From the human T2T-CHM13v2.0 reference genome, Homo sapiens: a DNA stretch of 64,000 nt. The position numbers and the translations under genes were made by a program. Location of the stretch: NCBI RefSeq assembly GCF_009914755.1, contig NC_060925.1; one strand, written 5' to 3'. Position 1 is the first letter of the stretch, and each line of letters begins with the position of its first letter. Under the pieces are notes generated by a model that was not told the DNA's origin, searched no databases, and saw only the letters and a list, made by a program, of their open reading frames with translations. Below, piece after piece: positions 45,785-59,479 of the stretch.

Positions 45785-47039
45785 TATTTTATTACTGTAT
45801 CTGGATAAGTTTCTCACACCATCTCCTGAAGTTTGAAACTATTATTCTCACCATGACTTAAAGAAGGTGCTTCATAAAGTGTTCCGTGGGTTTTTTTTTT
45901 TTTTGGTAAATTTCAGAGCTGTCCCCTTAAAATATTCTTTTCTGGAATTTCTCACTATCACCACTAAAAAGAGGGGAGGGAGGAGAAGGGGAAAAGCAGT
46001 AGCAGAGAAGAGAGAACAAAGCAAGATTTTCTCTTGGATAAACATCACATTGGATACAGGAAGCAAGTTTGAGAATTTAGAAAGAATTTTAAGGGTCTAG
46101 AGTGAACAGAGTTTCCTTATGAAAACACAAATGTTTCAAATGGAGATCCTGTAGCATGCCCAGAGTGATCAGAGAATTGACTTGTGAAGAGACTTATTCC
46201 TCAGGCCTATGAGAGGGTGGATTTTGAATCAAAAGAGTTTCTTCAGCTCAGTATTTCCATTTGAAGAAGTTGCTAGTTTAAAGGTTTCAATGTGTGTGTG
46301 CCCTTATGAGAGAGACAGAGATGGGGGGAAGTAAAGAAGAAAGGGGGGGGGGAGAGAGAGAAGTGTGAATGAGCATATGATTTTTCCATTTTTTACAGAT
46401 TTGCTTGTGAGCGCATTTGCAAATCTCTTTGCATGTGTTTGACTGCATATTGTTTCCATGTGTTCATGTGGGTGTGTTTGTTTATGAGGAGGTGAATTGT
46501 ATAAAAATGTGTTGTTTTCTTGTGCATAAGTAGTTCAACAGAGTAATGTTTATATGTGCATGTAGGTAGTGTACTAGTATACATAACGTATATATGATAG
46601 TGTATATATGGAATATTGTGAATTTTGAAAGCATTATTTATAAACATTTATGGGTTTCTATCATTACATTAAATTTCAATGCATAGTAATCTCTCAATAA
46701 GAATTTACAAATGAACAACTGTTTTTAAGTAATAGATATCAAACCCACACAATAATACCTCCATATATCTTGTTCTGAATTTAAAATTGTAAAATTTGCA
46801 GAAAAGTATCATACACAAAAGTTGTAGAAGCTGAAGAAGGTGAAACAGAAGATGGTTTTCAATTGCTTCTTGATTATTTTGGGAAAGTTCAAGCAGGGCT
46901 GCCTGGAGAAACCAATTACTATTTTCCTAGATCTGCATCAGCGATCCCAGCTCATCTCTTCGCTGACTTCTGTACTTTTCAAATTAAACAGTGACAGAGA
47001 AGGACAGGAGGCTTATGTGAATCTGTATCAATGCCTAAA

Positions 47040-47305
47040 AGAAAGAGGATGGTGGTGTGGGGCAGAAAGTGGACTTTGGAGTCATTTAGAACTGGGTCTG
47101 AAATACAGTTCTGTCACTTACCATCTATGCAGCTTTGAGCCTGTTACTTCACCTCGTCAAGGCTTAGGTCCCTCATCAATTCAATGAGGTTAATAATACC
47201 TACCTTCCCTTTAAGGGTGGTTGTGAGAATCAGGTAAACTAATGCAAGTAAAATGACTTTTATTGAGTCTGGTAAAGAGGTAGAAGCTCAGCAAATATTA
47301 ATGCC
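47040..47305 (+). mobile_element. MIR SINE
   Basis: ggactttggagtca...ctgggtctgaaatacagttctgtcactta...taatacctacc...gttgtgagaat. Confidence 0.8.
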
Positions 47306-48544
47306 TTTATCAGAAATAGTGATTAAAATGTAAAATAGTGGTGCTGAAAAGAGAAAAGCCTGCTTTTTGTATCTCTTATGTCTGCTATGTAAGAAGACAG
47401 GTGTGGTGATTCTGAACTAGACTGGCCGGGGGTAACTAAGAAATACATTAAGCCAGTTGGCTGAGAATAATACTTTCAAGGGACTATATCCTTGTGAGTG
47501 AGAAAGCATGGAGAGGTACTTTAGTCAGATGTGCTCATCTTGCCACAGTTTCCCAGCCTTCTGCCTCTGTCCCAACATCAGGAGTCAGAACAGCCTGTGC
47601 CCCCTGCCCCTTTCAGGGCCCAAGGAAAAGGGGTTTGAGCAGAAGCATTGCACTGTGAACAGGCTGGTAGTGATTCTTATGAGAAAATAGGTTTTATAAG
47701 TTGGGAGGAACAAAAGCAAACTGGCTTAAGACAAAAAGGGATGTGAGTGAGCTACTGAGTATGGGATTCAGCTGGTGTCTTGGTTCCTAAACCTGGGCTG
47801 TGCTCACCCCTAACAGTTACCTGTAAAACAGAGGCAGTGTGAGCTCCAAATAGTGATCAAGGCCAGTACCATATTTAATCAATTTTCTCATTAATTACGT
47901 GAGGAGAATAAAGACTTAATTTCTAATTCATGTGTAGTTTAGAAGGGGGAATGCAATCCATATGGTTCTTATTCAATTACATTTATATCATCAAAATAGA
48001 CTGTTTTTCTAAAGCTATATAATGGCCAAGAAATTCAATGAGCCTTTTAAACTAGCATTTTAAGCCTTATTTCTTAAAAACAGGAAGTCACATTTGACTT
48101 TGAGTAAGCCAGTTTCCTCTGGACAAATTTTAGAATTGGCTAAGTTTTGGACACCTGCAAATCCTAAATTGGTTTCAGTCAAATTTGGAGTTTGTTTCAA
48201 TCATGTGGAAACCAGTTCCCTGAACTTCTAAGCAAACTTTCTCAAACCAGGAAAGTGACTATATTGCTCAACAATTGTTCTCTTTACCCAATAGCCTCCT
48301 CTTTTATAGAGTGATGTGTCTGAAAACAGCTCTGATACTTTCTTGGTGCTGCCTACCTACGGTGTGGTCTTGGACAAATTCCTGACAGGCAGTTATTTTA
48401 AATTCACCAGTCACTTGAATTATGGGTGTCTCAGGTTTTCAGTGCTCTGTTCTGTAACATGTTTTTCAGTTTGAAAATACAATGGCCTTGTGATTCTATA
48501 ATCAGCACACAATTAAAAAATACTCCCTCTAGATGCTATTGTAA

Positions 48545-48680
48545 ATCTGAGTTAAAAATTCTGTACTAGAACTTACAAGCTACTTGACCTTGGGAAAATT
48601 ATTAAAACTCTGGGCCTCAATTTTATCATGTATAATAATGTGAGATAACATATATTATCACAGTATATGGTTCTAAGTAA
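48545..48680 (+). mobile_element. MIR fragment
   Basis: tgaccttgggaaaattattaaaactctgggcctcaatttt. Confidence 0.65.
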
Positions 48681-49557
48681 TCGCTTCATACGTGCATTTT
48701 TATTCTTTTGTTTTCTCTTCCCTCCTTCCTATTCCTCTTCACTTCCCTCCCTTTTTTATTCCTCTGATTCTTCTATTATATTTGTATCTTTTTCTAATAG
48801 TGGAAAGTTTTTATTGGCTTACATAATTACTTCTCAGGAGACTCACCTGTGTGATTTCATCTCCTCTTCTTAGTGAACTATTGGAGGAGTGAACAATTTC
48901 TTCTGTCTGATGCCCTCCAAGTTGCCTCATCAAGGATCCCCAAAATTGGGGTGGTTCCTGAGTCAATGCTGTGGCCATCCTGGCCTCAATGTTTTTGACA
49001 GCTATTTACGCTTACAGACAGCTAGATTCCATATAATGATGTGTACCTTTGTACTCCCTTGTGTTTTACCTTGTACGATTAAAGTGACCAAATTGTCTTA
49101 AATATAAAACATAGATTCATGGTGCTTATTTTTTCTTTGGCTGATTTTATATTCATTGGGGGAAAAGTCATACAAAAGCCCTTATATATTTCTAAATATA
49201 CACTTCTAATAAAATTTAAATATTAAGAAAATCAAGAAATTCACAGTCAGAAATGGGACTAGTGAAGCAAGATGTACTCCCCTTCCATGAATACACTATA
49301 AATCATTTTGAGACTTTCTCTAGGCTATAAAATTTAGAGCTGCTGATGCCCGAACCATTGAAAGACGTGTTGGCCCTTACATAATGTGAGTCAAGACATT
49401 GTTCAGGAGCTAAATTTGCTAAAAACGTGTTTGCCTTTTAGCAGTTCTTATACTTATAGACCATAAAAACAGATTTCCATGGCACTTTCCTAGGAAACTG
49501 GTAACTTGTCTAGTTCAGAACCGGCATTTTAGACTCTTCATGTAGGCCTGTCTCGTA

Positions 49558-49717
49558 GTGCAACGCTTCTCAAATTTCAGTTTACATATAAATATTACTG
49601 GATCTTGTTAAAATATAGATTGATTCAGTAGGTTTGAGGTGGAGCCTACGATTCTGGATTTCTAACAAGGTCCAAAGTAAGATTGCTGTTCCATAGAAGA
49701 CACTTTCAGTAACAAGT
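49558..49717. mobile_element. MER5 (hAT-Charlie) element
   Basis: cttctcaaattt...atcttgttaaaatatagattgattcagtagg...tttctaacaag...cactttcagtaac. Confidence 0.8.
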
Positions 49718-50184
49718 GTTTAGCACTTGGATCAACATAAATCTCAAACCACATACTCCACAAGTGTGACCTTGAGTTTCATGACACGATGGGCCTTAGT
49801 ACCTCTCTCCATAGGTTTGAGAGGTCATGGCCTCTAGAATTTGTTGAGACTCTGTAAGATCATTAGCTGCCAAGGAAGCCTTTTCTTTGAACTTAAGTAT
49901 ATTTCTCCCTGGCCTTTGTTCATGTAAGTTAAGAGAGAGAGCAGACAGAATGTACACATATACTTGGGACGTGGATAAAGGTCATGGCTGCCAAAGTGTT
50001 GCCACCTTTTCCTCCACATTTCTGTTGAGCCAGGATGGCACAGCTGAGGGCTCCTTGGCTTATTCAGGGGTGATGAGGTCAGAGTTTGTATGATATATGA
50101 GGTCACCATCTGCCCAGCAGTGCTTATACACATATCCTGTAAAGATTGTCTTTTTATTCAAGAAATGTTAGTCGGCCTGAAGAC

Positions 50185-50400
50185 AGTAATATAGAAGGAG
50201 ATATGGCTCCCCAGCATGCTAGTAATATAGAAGGAGATATGGCTCCCCACATACAAAGCTATGTGACTTTGGTCAAGGAACTTTACATCTCTCTGCTTCA
50301 GTATTCTTAGCTGTAAAATGGGTAATAGCAATTTTCAGGGTTGTTGTGAGAATTAGAGATACCTTTAAAGTGCCTGCCAGAATAAATGGTAGATACTACT
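50185..50400 (+). mobile_element. MIR fragment carrying a 29-bp duplication
   Basis: gctatgtgactttgg...ctctctgcttcagt...ctgtaaaatggg...gttgtgagaatta. Confidence 0.75.
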
Positions 50401-51032
50401 ATTGGTCTTGATTATTTTTATCATTAAGTGCACTTTACTATAATTGTTTAGGGCAACTGAAAACAATGGGTAAAGCTGATTTATTATTCAGAATAGTTCA
50501 CTGTGCAGATTTGGCCAGAGTGAAGGTAATTAGTGAATTCTGGTATTTGAGACTTAATTTATTGCATCAACACTCTCAGTACAATTGCATTTAGGCTTAT
50601 TCAGTATAATATATTAACCAGAGATTTTAGAAGGCATTTTAAAAATAGCTGATACAATCATGAGTTTTATAATTAGTGAATATGCATCTTACCCACTACA
50701 GCAAGGTAAGAGTTGTTAAAGGCTATTTAATGTGCACTTTACCCCCTTTCCAACACATGCCGAAAAATAGGGAATAAGCAAAACTCTGAAGCAGTCGACA
50801 TAATGTTTTCTAATAATGAAAAGAAGCATTGCATAGTCAGCTAAGTGTCTGCCCCATTAACTCAGTCTTACTTATTTTCTCCAAAAGTCCTCTGAGGCAA
50901 GAGGGACGTCCTAGTGCTTTCCTCAGCTCTTTTTACTAGGTCATATTACATAGACTTAACTTTGTCATCTATGTTACCTGCTTGCTTCACTTTCTTGCTT
51001 CCTCATAACTTTCTTCTCTTTCTTCAATGCAG

Positions 51033-51098
51033 GAGTACAGTGAATGCTCCCTCATTAATCCATGCCTGAGTGAAGGCCCCTGGGTTCACTTAAAGAGA
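51033..51098 (+). other. Candidate 66-nt exon
   Basis: About 50-nt polypyrimidine tract + tgcag|G acceptor; AGA|gtaaga donor; one open frame. Confidence 0.35.
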
Positions 51099-53775
51099 GT
51101 AAGAGGTAGTAAATAAACTAAGTGGAGTGGGCATTAAATCACTCGGTGCCTAGAAGCAGCAGATGCACTAGCAGACTGGACTGGGAAAGGGCCCGTATAC
51201 TTATATCCATGAAACAACTCAATCCTATGTACGCTGTGTGAATGACAATTGTAGTCAGGGAATGGCTTTCCTACTCCCAGCCTCCTCCTCTCTTCCTTCT
51301 GTATTTTAACGAGCACAGTGAAATTTCTGAGAAGTAAGCATGCTATTTCATGCCCTGCGCTTACTCAATGTTCTTTTGTAATCTTCTAAGTTTTTTCTCA
51401 TTTTTTTTCCCAAGCGTAATTTTATTTAGGGAGCCTTCTTTATTTATTCAGTTCAACAAAACAAAGAAGGAGAAGTGCTGTAAAAATGGCTTTTTGTGTT
51501 CTAGTTTTAGGAGTTATCCAATCACTTAAACTACAACATGAAGTTTTACAGACTCATTACTCATCCTCACTTGTCTGTGTATGCACCTTTGCACACAAAC
51601 AAGTCAATTTATGCAAAAGTGCAGAAATGCCTTCTGTGCTTTTTTTATATACTCTAATTGAGACACCAAGAGTGAGGATGCATGTGATACACCATTGTAA
51701 TAGAGGATTCTTAGAATTCTGAGACTATGCTATCTCCAAGTTGAGAGAGTTCTCAAAGACAATCTTTTCAAATGATTCATCTGATGCTTGACGTTTCTGT
51801 ACAATTTCCTTATCCTTATCAGCCAGAGTTTGATTCCCTCAATTTTCAGGAAACTTCTTACCTCCCTAAGCTGTCTGCTGCATCTTTGATTGCATTTCTT
51901 CACTTGAATTATGTATTGCACTTGCAGCTGTATGTCATAGCTGCCTGTACCTGCAGCAGGTGACCTATCTGTAATAGGCATAGTTGATAGCAGGTCAAGG
52001 TTCTACCTCTGAGAGTCTGGGCACCACGAGCAGATTGTACATTGGGTAATCAGCCATGCCTATGCAGGGAGCCTTTTTGGGATGTTTGTGCCCAGTGTGT
52101 GGAGTGGTGGCTCTGAAGACTGCCAAGGCCAGTGGGATTTCTCTCAGCTTCCTGGGAGACTCCTACCTGCACACTTCGAACGGTTCCCTGCTCACCTGCT
52201 GCACTCTGTCAACAAGCAAGGAAAATTTTAGGGCAGAAGCCCAGGATGCAACCAGGCTCTAGAAACCCTCTCACTGGGTCTTGGGGTGAACTCATGCTCA
52301 CAAATGGGCTGTCTGCCAAGCATTAACTAAAATACTCACACTTGTTTTTGACAACAGTCCTCAGGTTAAATTTCAGCAAGTGCTATTTTGGGTAAGACGC
52401 TATGGTAGAAATGTCTCCAGATTCCAAGTGGCTGTAATGCCTCTGCAAAGCCACCTTTCAGCATGTCCCATTTGCTGTGCTTTCAAGTACTCAGCTATGT
52501 TGGTGCCTTTACAAGATTCAGCCCCAAAGGTGAGTGGGGAAGCCTGGAAAGGGGCTTCTGAGTTAAAGCCTTTGGGACAGGCTACTCTAGGAATCTCCCT
52601 GCCTGAAAGCAACATCAAGGGGTGGCTTCCAAGTGCCTGTCTGTGATGATGGATGAGTTTGGCCCTGCAGCCTAGGGAACAGATAGGAGTCAGCAGAACA
52701 CAGATGTTGCAAGGCAGCCAAATTAATCTTTAATGGGAATGTACAAGTCGGGTTCTTATTAGAATATCTAATAGCCTAACCTCATTGCAAATCAAGAGCT
52801 AACCTTACAGAATAGATTTACAGAAAAATCTCCAGGTCTTGCTAAATATGGGACAACAACTGATTCATCTTGTGAGGCTTTCTTGAAAATCTTTCAACCG
52901 TTAAGGAAAGATATCACAGCCAAGAAGAGCATGGTCTAAAATGCACACTTTCTGCAGTACTTCGGGGGAGTTGAAGCTCAGGGTGGCAGACATCTGAGTG
53001 AATCAGACTGATCACTGATCAGACTGAATCAAGTACATGTATATGTAGTACAGGACAAAGCAAGAATCAAATTCTATGGCAGTCCTTGGGTAAGAAATAT
53101 CCTCTTCTGCAAAAATGTCTCCAGAGAAATATACATTTCATTGGTCAGGGAACTGAATCTATGATTTCTTTCCATTAAGAAAGGCTATATGTTAACTGAC
53201 CTATATTAGCTAGTTGGCTGTGTAAAAATATGTGGAAAGAGTTATCAGTATCAGAGACCAAATGCATCTTGGGTATCTCTTATCCTACCAAATTAGAAAG
53301 GTAGTGATATCTTGACCTTCTTTCTAGAATTTATTTCTGGAATTATGTTTCTTTCAGGGAATTCATTTTGCATTCCAAGGATACTATGGAGAAGTGGAGA
53401 TTCTGGTGAATCAAGCCCCTTTCTCAGTAGAATTTCTGAATAAAGAAGAAAAGAAAATTGAGGGAAGAAATCTTGACCATAAATGGGATCAGAAAAATGT
53501 CTATAAAATTTTATAACAATATATATATGATGACTACACTAGATACCTGGCAAGTCTAACAGAAATTAAGGTTGAACTTCTTCTGATCCAATAGTATGTA
53601 AGCTTATGAAAAGCACTGATCATGCATTAAATCAAGACCATCTAGTAGGTCTTCAGCAATCATTCATATGCAAGCCATTTAGAGACAAGAAGCAATGTGC
53701 ATAATACCAAATGCATAAGATTTGGAGAAAGACAGGCCTGGTTTGCAGCTTTTGACAGTTTTTTATGAAATAAGG

Positions 53776-54148
53776 TGATATGGTTGGGCTTTGTGTTCCC
53801 ACTCAAATCTCATCTTGAATTGTAGCCCCCATAATCCCCATGTGTCAAGGGAGAGACCAGGTGGAGGTAATTAAATCATGGGGGTTGTTTCCCCCATGCT
53901 GTTCTTGTGATAGTGAGTGAGTTCTCATGAGATCTGTTGGGTTTAAGGGGCTCTTCCTACTTCGCTCAGCATTTCTCCTTCCTGCCACCATGTGAAGAAG
54001 GTGCCTTGCTTCCTCTTTGCCTTCCGCCATGATTGTAAGTTCCTGAGGCCTCCCCAGCCATCTGAACTGTGAGTCAATTAAACCTCTTTCCTTATAAATT
54101 ACCCAGTTTGGGGCAATTCTTAAAACAGTGTAAAAATGGACTAATACA
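53776..54148 (+). mobile_element. THE1C/D-like solo LTR
   Basis: tgatatgg...ggactaataca; perfect TSD taagg (53771-53775 / 54149-54153). Confidence 0.93.
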
Positions 54149-54479
54149 TAAGGATAAAAATGCCTTTCTTGCAAGACCACTGGGAAAATTTTTGAAGTAA
54201 GCTTACTCTTCTCAAGTGTAATGATGGATAATTATACTAATGGTTGCCTCTCTAGCTCATTATGATGGGGAAAAGTTTAGAATGGAGGAAAATTCTGAGA
54301 AAGCATCAGGGCTTGTGTGGTAATCTAAACTTTCATTCCTCTCTTCTGAGAAAGAGGAGATAGAAGTGCCATCCACACTGGGAAATCTGATTGAGACTTT
54401 GATCCATCTCTTCTGGAGATGAGCTATCCCTGTCTGATGTAGCCATTTCTTGGACTCCAACAAATACAGTCAAAATGAA

Positions 54480-56130
54480 CACTATCTATAAGAAAAATAA
54501 AAAGAATAAAACAAATTGATATAATTAACATACAAATACTTTAAATATCTATTATAAATGGTCTCATGGCTTTAAAGGAAAACTTTGATCATAAATAGAA
54601 AACAAATAAGAATATCAGTAGGAAAATGGAGAGTTAAGAAAAGGAACAAAATGGAAATTTTAGAACTGGTAATCACAATATGAAAAACATGCTAAATGGG
54701 CTTACTATCAGATTAGATATTATAGAAGATTATGTTATTGAATTCAAAGTCACTACAATGGAAACTATGCAAACTGAAGCATATAGGAAAAAAATGGCTG
54801 ACAAAAAATGGACAATGAACAGAGCTTTAGTGACTTGTGGGCAAAATAAGACAGTTTAACATATCTGTAGAAAACCAGAACAAGATGAGAGAAATACTGA
54901 CACAGGAAAATATATTTTAAAAAGTAACAGTTGAATATTTTTCAGATTTGATGAAAATAACCCACAGATTCAAGAAGTTCAATGAATTCTAAGCAGTATA
55001 AACAGAGGCATAACGATAGAAGCAATAATATAATTGCTGAAAACTAATGATAAAGATAAAATCGTAAAAGTGGATAGAGAAAAAGATACATATAACAGAA
55101 CCACAAGATTTGCTAATAACTTCTCATCAGAAATGACAGAAGCCAGAAGATGATAGCATAAGATCTTTAAATTGCTAGAAAAAAGAGTCAACCCAGATTC
55201 TTTTCCAGTTGCAGTGAAAATATTCTCCAAAATGAAGGTGAAATGAAGACTTTTTGGTCAAACAGAGTGAAACAGAGTGAAAATATTCTCCAAAATGAAG
55301 GTGAAATTTTTTGGTCAAACAGAGTCAAACAGGGTGAAAAAAAGTCTTTTCCAGAAGACCTGCATTATTGGAATTACTAATGGAAGTTCCTCAGGGTGAA
55401 GAAAAATGATACCAAATGGAAATTCAGATCTAGAAAGTACTGAGAATAGCAAATATGTGGGAAAATATAAGAGACAGATTTTTCTTCATTTCCTAATTTC
55501 TCAAAACATTATTGTCTGGTTAAAACAAAAACAATAATAATGTACTACAACAGGAGTTAAAACATTTAAAAGTAAAATTTTTAATAAGAATAGCAAAGGG
55601 AATGGGAGAAGGGTAATTATGGAATACTCTTTTAGGGTTCTCACATTATATATGAGGTGATGTAATATTAATTGACAGACTGTGGTAGATTCAAAACCCA
55701 AGAGAAATCACTTAAGAAATAAAACAGAAAAGTATGCCAGGTATCCAGTACAAGAGATACTAAATACTGAAATACCCAATCTGTAGAAGGTTGAAAAGGA
55801 GAGAAAAGGAACAACAGCAGTAACAGCAAATAAATGCCATAAATAGAAAACAAAGGGCAAGATGACAGACTAAATTCACTGTATTGATAACTGTATTACA
55901 AAGTAAAATGAAATATATGCTATTTGTAAGCAACATACTTTCAGTATGACATAGTTTGAAATTAACACAATGGAAAAAGAGGTATCATGTAATCAATACA
56001 CATAAGAAAACTGGCTTGGCTATATCAATAACATGCAAAATAGACTTAACAATGAAAGGATCAATTCATCATGCAAAGTAGACTTAATAAAAAAAGGATC
56101 AATTCATCAGGAAAAAAATACAGTTCAACA
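54480..56130 (+). mobile_element. Old L1M ORF1/inter-ORF region
   Basis: cccacagattcaagaagttcaatgaa, cttctcatcagaaa, aatgaaggtgaaat ORF1-like remnants. Confidence 0.7.
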
Positions 56131-56399
56131 CAATTCACTGTAATTCCTGGTTGATTTTAGTCTATTATATTAATTTAATATAAAGACATATTAAGCCATA
56201 ATAAAAGAGTAACTATAAGATGCACAGAATAAGATACACAAGGAATGCTAAATCATACCCTGGGGCTAAGGGAGACTTCCTAAATAAGACAAACTTTGAA
56301 TGGGGGATAGCTCCCAAAGGCCAGCATTCAGATCTCATTGGAGAAGGTGGGATTGCAGATCACTGAGTGGCAGAGAAGCTTCCTGTGTTCCCAGGCCAT

Positions 56400-57990
56400 T
56401 GTTAGAACAATTGGATGTCCACACATAAAGCCATGAACCTAGACCCTTACCCTATACTCTCTATATATGTATGTGTGTATATATATATACTTATATATAT
56501 AATAATATATATTTATATATGTAATAATATATAATATATTTATATGTATTTGTATATGTAATAATATATAATATATTTATAATAAAATATGTAATAATAT
56601 ATAATATATTTATATATAAATATATTATAAATATATATTATTATATTTATAATATAATATATATATATTATATATTATAAATATATATATATAATATATA
56701 TTATAAATATATATATATAATATATATTATAAATATATATTATATAATATATATTATAAATATATATTATATTTATAATATATATTTTTGTATATTATAT
56801 ATTATATATTATAAATATTATTATATTTATAATATATTATATATTTTATATATAATATATGATATATATTATAAATATATCTTATAAATATATATATTTA
56901 TATGATATATATTATAAATATATAAATATAAATATATAATATAATATAATATAATAAATATAATATATAATATATATAATATATAATAAATATAATAAAT
57001 ATAAATATATCATATAAATATAAATATAAATATAAATATAAATATATCATATAAATATATATATTTATATGATATATTATAGTATATATAAATATATTTA
57101 TATATTATAAAATATTTATATAATATATAATTATAATATATTTATATATATAAATTAACTAATATATATAAACTAATATAATATATAATGTAATAATATA
57201 GTATTATATATTATAATATATTTATATATATAAATTAACTAAAAATGTATCACTGACCTAAATGTAATAACTAAAACCATAACACTTCTAGAAGAGAAAA
57301 TGATAAAATCTTTGTGACCTTGGGTTAAGATTTCTCACACTGTATACCAAAGCACTAGCCATAAAATAAAATAACGATGAATTGGGTTTTATCAAAATTC
57401 AAAACTTTTGTGCTCCAAAATATAATTATGAATAAAATGAAAAGGCTAGCCAAAGAGAGGGGGAAAATATTTACAAACATAATACTAAAAATCAGCTTGT
57501 ATCCAGAATATGTAAAGAATTCTTACAGCTCAATAGTAAAACAAACAACCCAGTTGAGATATGGGCAAGAGATTTAATGGTCACTTATAGCAGAAGATAG
57601 ATGAATGGCAAATAAGTATGTGTAAAGATGCTTATTATCATTAATCATTAGAGACATGCTACATGCTATACTATATTAAAGACATATGATACACTACATC
57701 TCCACTATAATGGCTAAAGCTAACAAGACAAGCAATACCAAATGTTGGTGAGGATATGGTGGAACAGCTTGAATGCTCATATATTTCTGGTGGGATTATA
57801 ATATGGTACAGTCACTTTGGAAAACAATTTTATAGTTTGTTATAGAATTAAACATTCACTTATCATATGAACCATCAGTCTCACTCTTAAGTATTTACCC
57901 CAGAGAAAATAAAAATATATGTTCATAGAAAACCTTGTAACACTCAAGATTTGTGCCTTTTTCTGCGTGAATGATACATTAAATTTTAAA
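56400..57990 (+). mobile_element. L1MB/MC-type ORF2 3' part, interrupted by AT expansion
   Basis: ctagacccttacc before and aaaattaactaaaaatgtatcactgacctaaatg after the AT tract; atcaaaattcaaaacttttgtgc. Confidence 0.8.
56461..57240. repeat. About 780-bp near-pure AT low-complexity tract
   Basis: Almost only A/T; (TA)n, (TATAA)n and (ATAAAT)n subunits. Confidence 0.97.
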
Positions 57991-58989
57991 AAATGAAAGT
58001 CAGAAAATGTATTTTTAAAACTATTACTATGACATCACAAATAATTGCCTGATAGTACAAAACAATTGTAGAAGAATGTATGTGATACATTTATATAATG
58101 TACAGTGTGGAGAACCAGTCTGACTCCTGAAGCAAAGGTTAATAAGGCAGTTGGGTTTGATTCTATTCTCAGGCTGACTGAAGAAGAAACAGGGTTCTTG
58201 GAGACATTAGTCTACCTTCTCACTTAAAGTGTTGGGCCTGTGACCCTGAATTCACAGTTTGGCCATGGTAGGTAGTAGAAGGAAGTCCACAAATACATGT
58301 CTTTAGTGAATGAAAGACACAGCCTAACAGATTCCGAGAACTGAGAAATTTTTTAGGTGAGAAGCAAGAATGACAGGGTCAATAGGCGTGTCAGAATAAA
58401 GAAAACTCTTTATAAAAAACAAAAATGCCCAGCCTTAATGTCTGAGTCACTGGAAATGCTAAATATTATACAGAATTCCCTTCACAATGCCAGTTTAATT
58501 GGGCCATAGTCAGACAGCCATAGATGTTTTAAAATATAAAACAAATTTCCTAGCAATCCATTTGCAGCACATTTTTGTTGCACATATTGTTGCTTGGCTT
58601 ACTACTTTATGTTTCAGTCAAATCTGGAAGATTGAATCTGTTATAGGCATTGGAACTTTCTTTTCCCTCAGAATCTCTGCTTTCTCTGACCAGGATTGGG
58701 GCTTCCAAATCTTCCCAGCAGCCACAAGAAGCCACTAAACACAGATCCTGATGGGAAAGGCTCTGAGGAATGTGGAACCTGGTATAGTGCTTAAGGATGA
58801 TATCTCCAGGAGTGTAGCAGAAACAATCAATAATAATACTGGAGCTTAGTCTCTTGGGGAATTTGCATTTGATTTAAAAACAGTCACTGTGTGAATATTC
58901 TGATTTTTCCAAGAAGAATGTGGGTGCAAGATAAAGTATAGAAGGAGATGGCATGACCTGAGTTTCCTATTTTTATGGCTTTTATGAAA

Positions 58990-59440
58990 TCAAGCCTGAA
59001 GCTGCACCAGGCAGGACAGCCAAAACTGGTAAGAAAACTGTAGCCTTATTGGTTTGAATAACCAGAGAAGAGAATTTGGAGCAACCACAGTTGCTGGAAA
59101 ATGAGGGGAGAAATTTTGGAAAGGAGCAATCCAAAGAGAGAGTATCCCTAATTCTCTGAATAACTTTTGGCCTAACTTCTGACTGACTCCTGAACTATGC
59201 ATTTGAGGGCAGATTCCAAGCAGCCCAGTAAATAACTGAACTAAAATTATTTAAGCCAGCACTCACCATAGGGATACAAAGTTTTCAGTATGGATTTACC
59301 CAAATTAAGTGCCTGTTAAAACAAATGCAGACACATGATTAGTACTCTTCAGAGGAATATAATAGAATCCAGAATGTCTACAACTTATTTTTCATAATAT
59401 CCATGATGTAATTCAAAATTGGCGGACATACAAAGTATAA

Positions 59441-59479
<39 letters not shown>

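Noticed and set aside
34108-47187. Longer ORFs in unique DNA (34108-34485, 41397-41822, 43866-44306, 46840-47187)
   Set aside because: No recognisable domains, lengths compatible with chance, and some overlap L2/MIR.
50185-50249. CRISPR-like repeat (also 18464-18565 and 55214-55340)
   Set aside because: Only 2-3 copies, no regular unique spacers, no cas genes, primate DNA.
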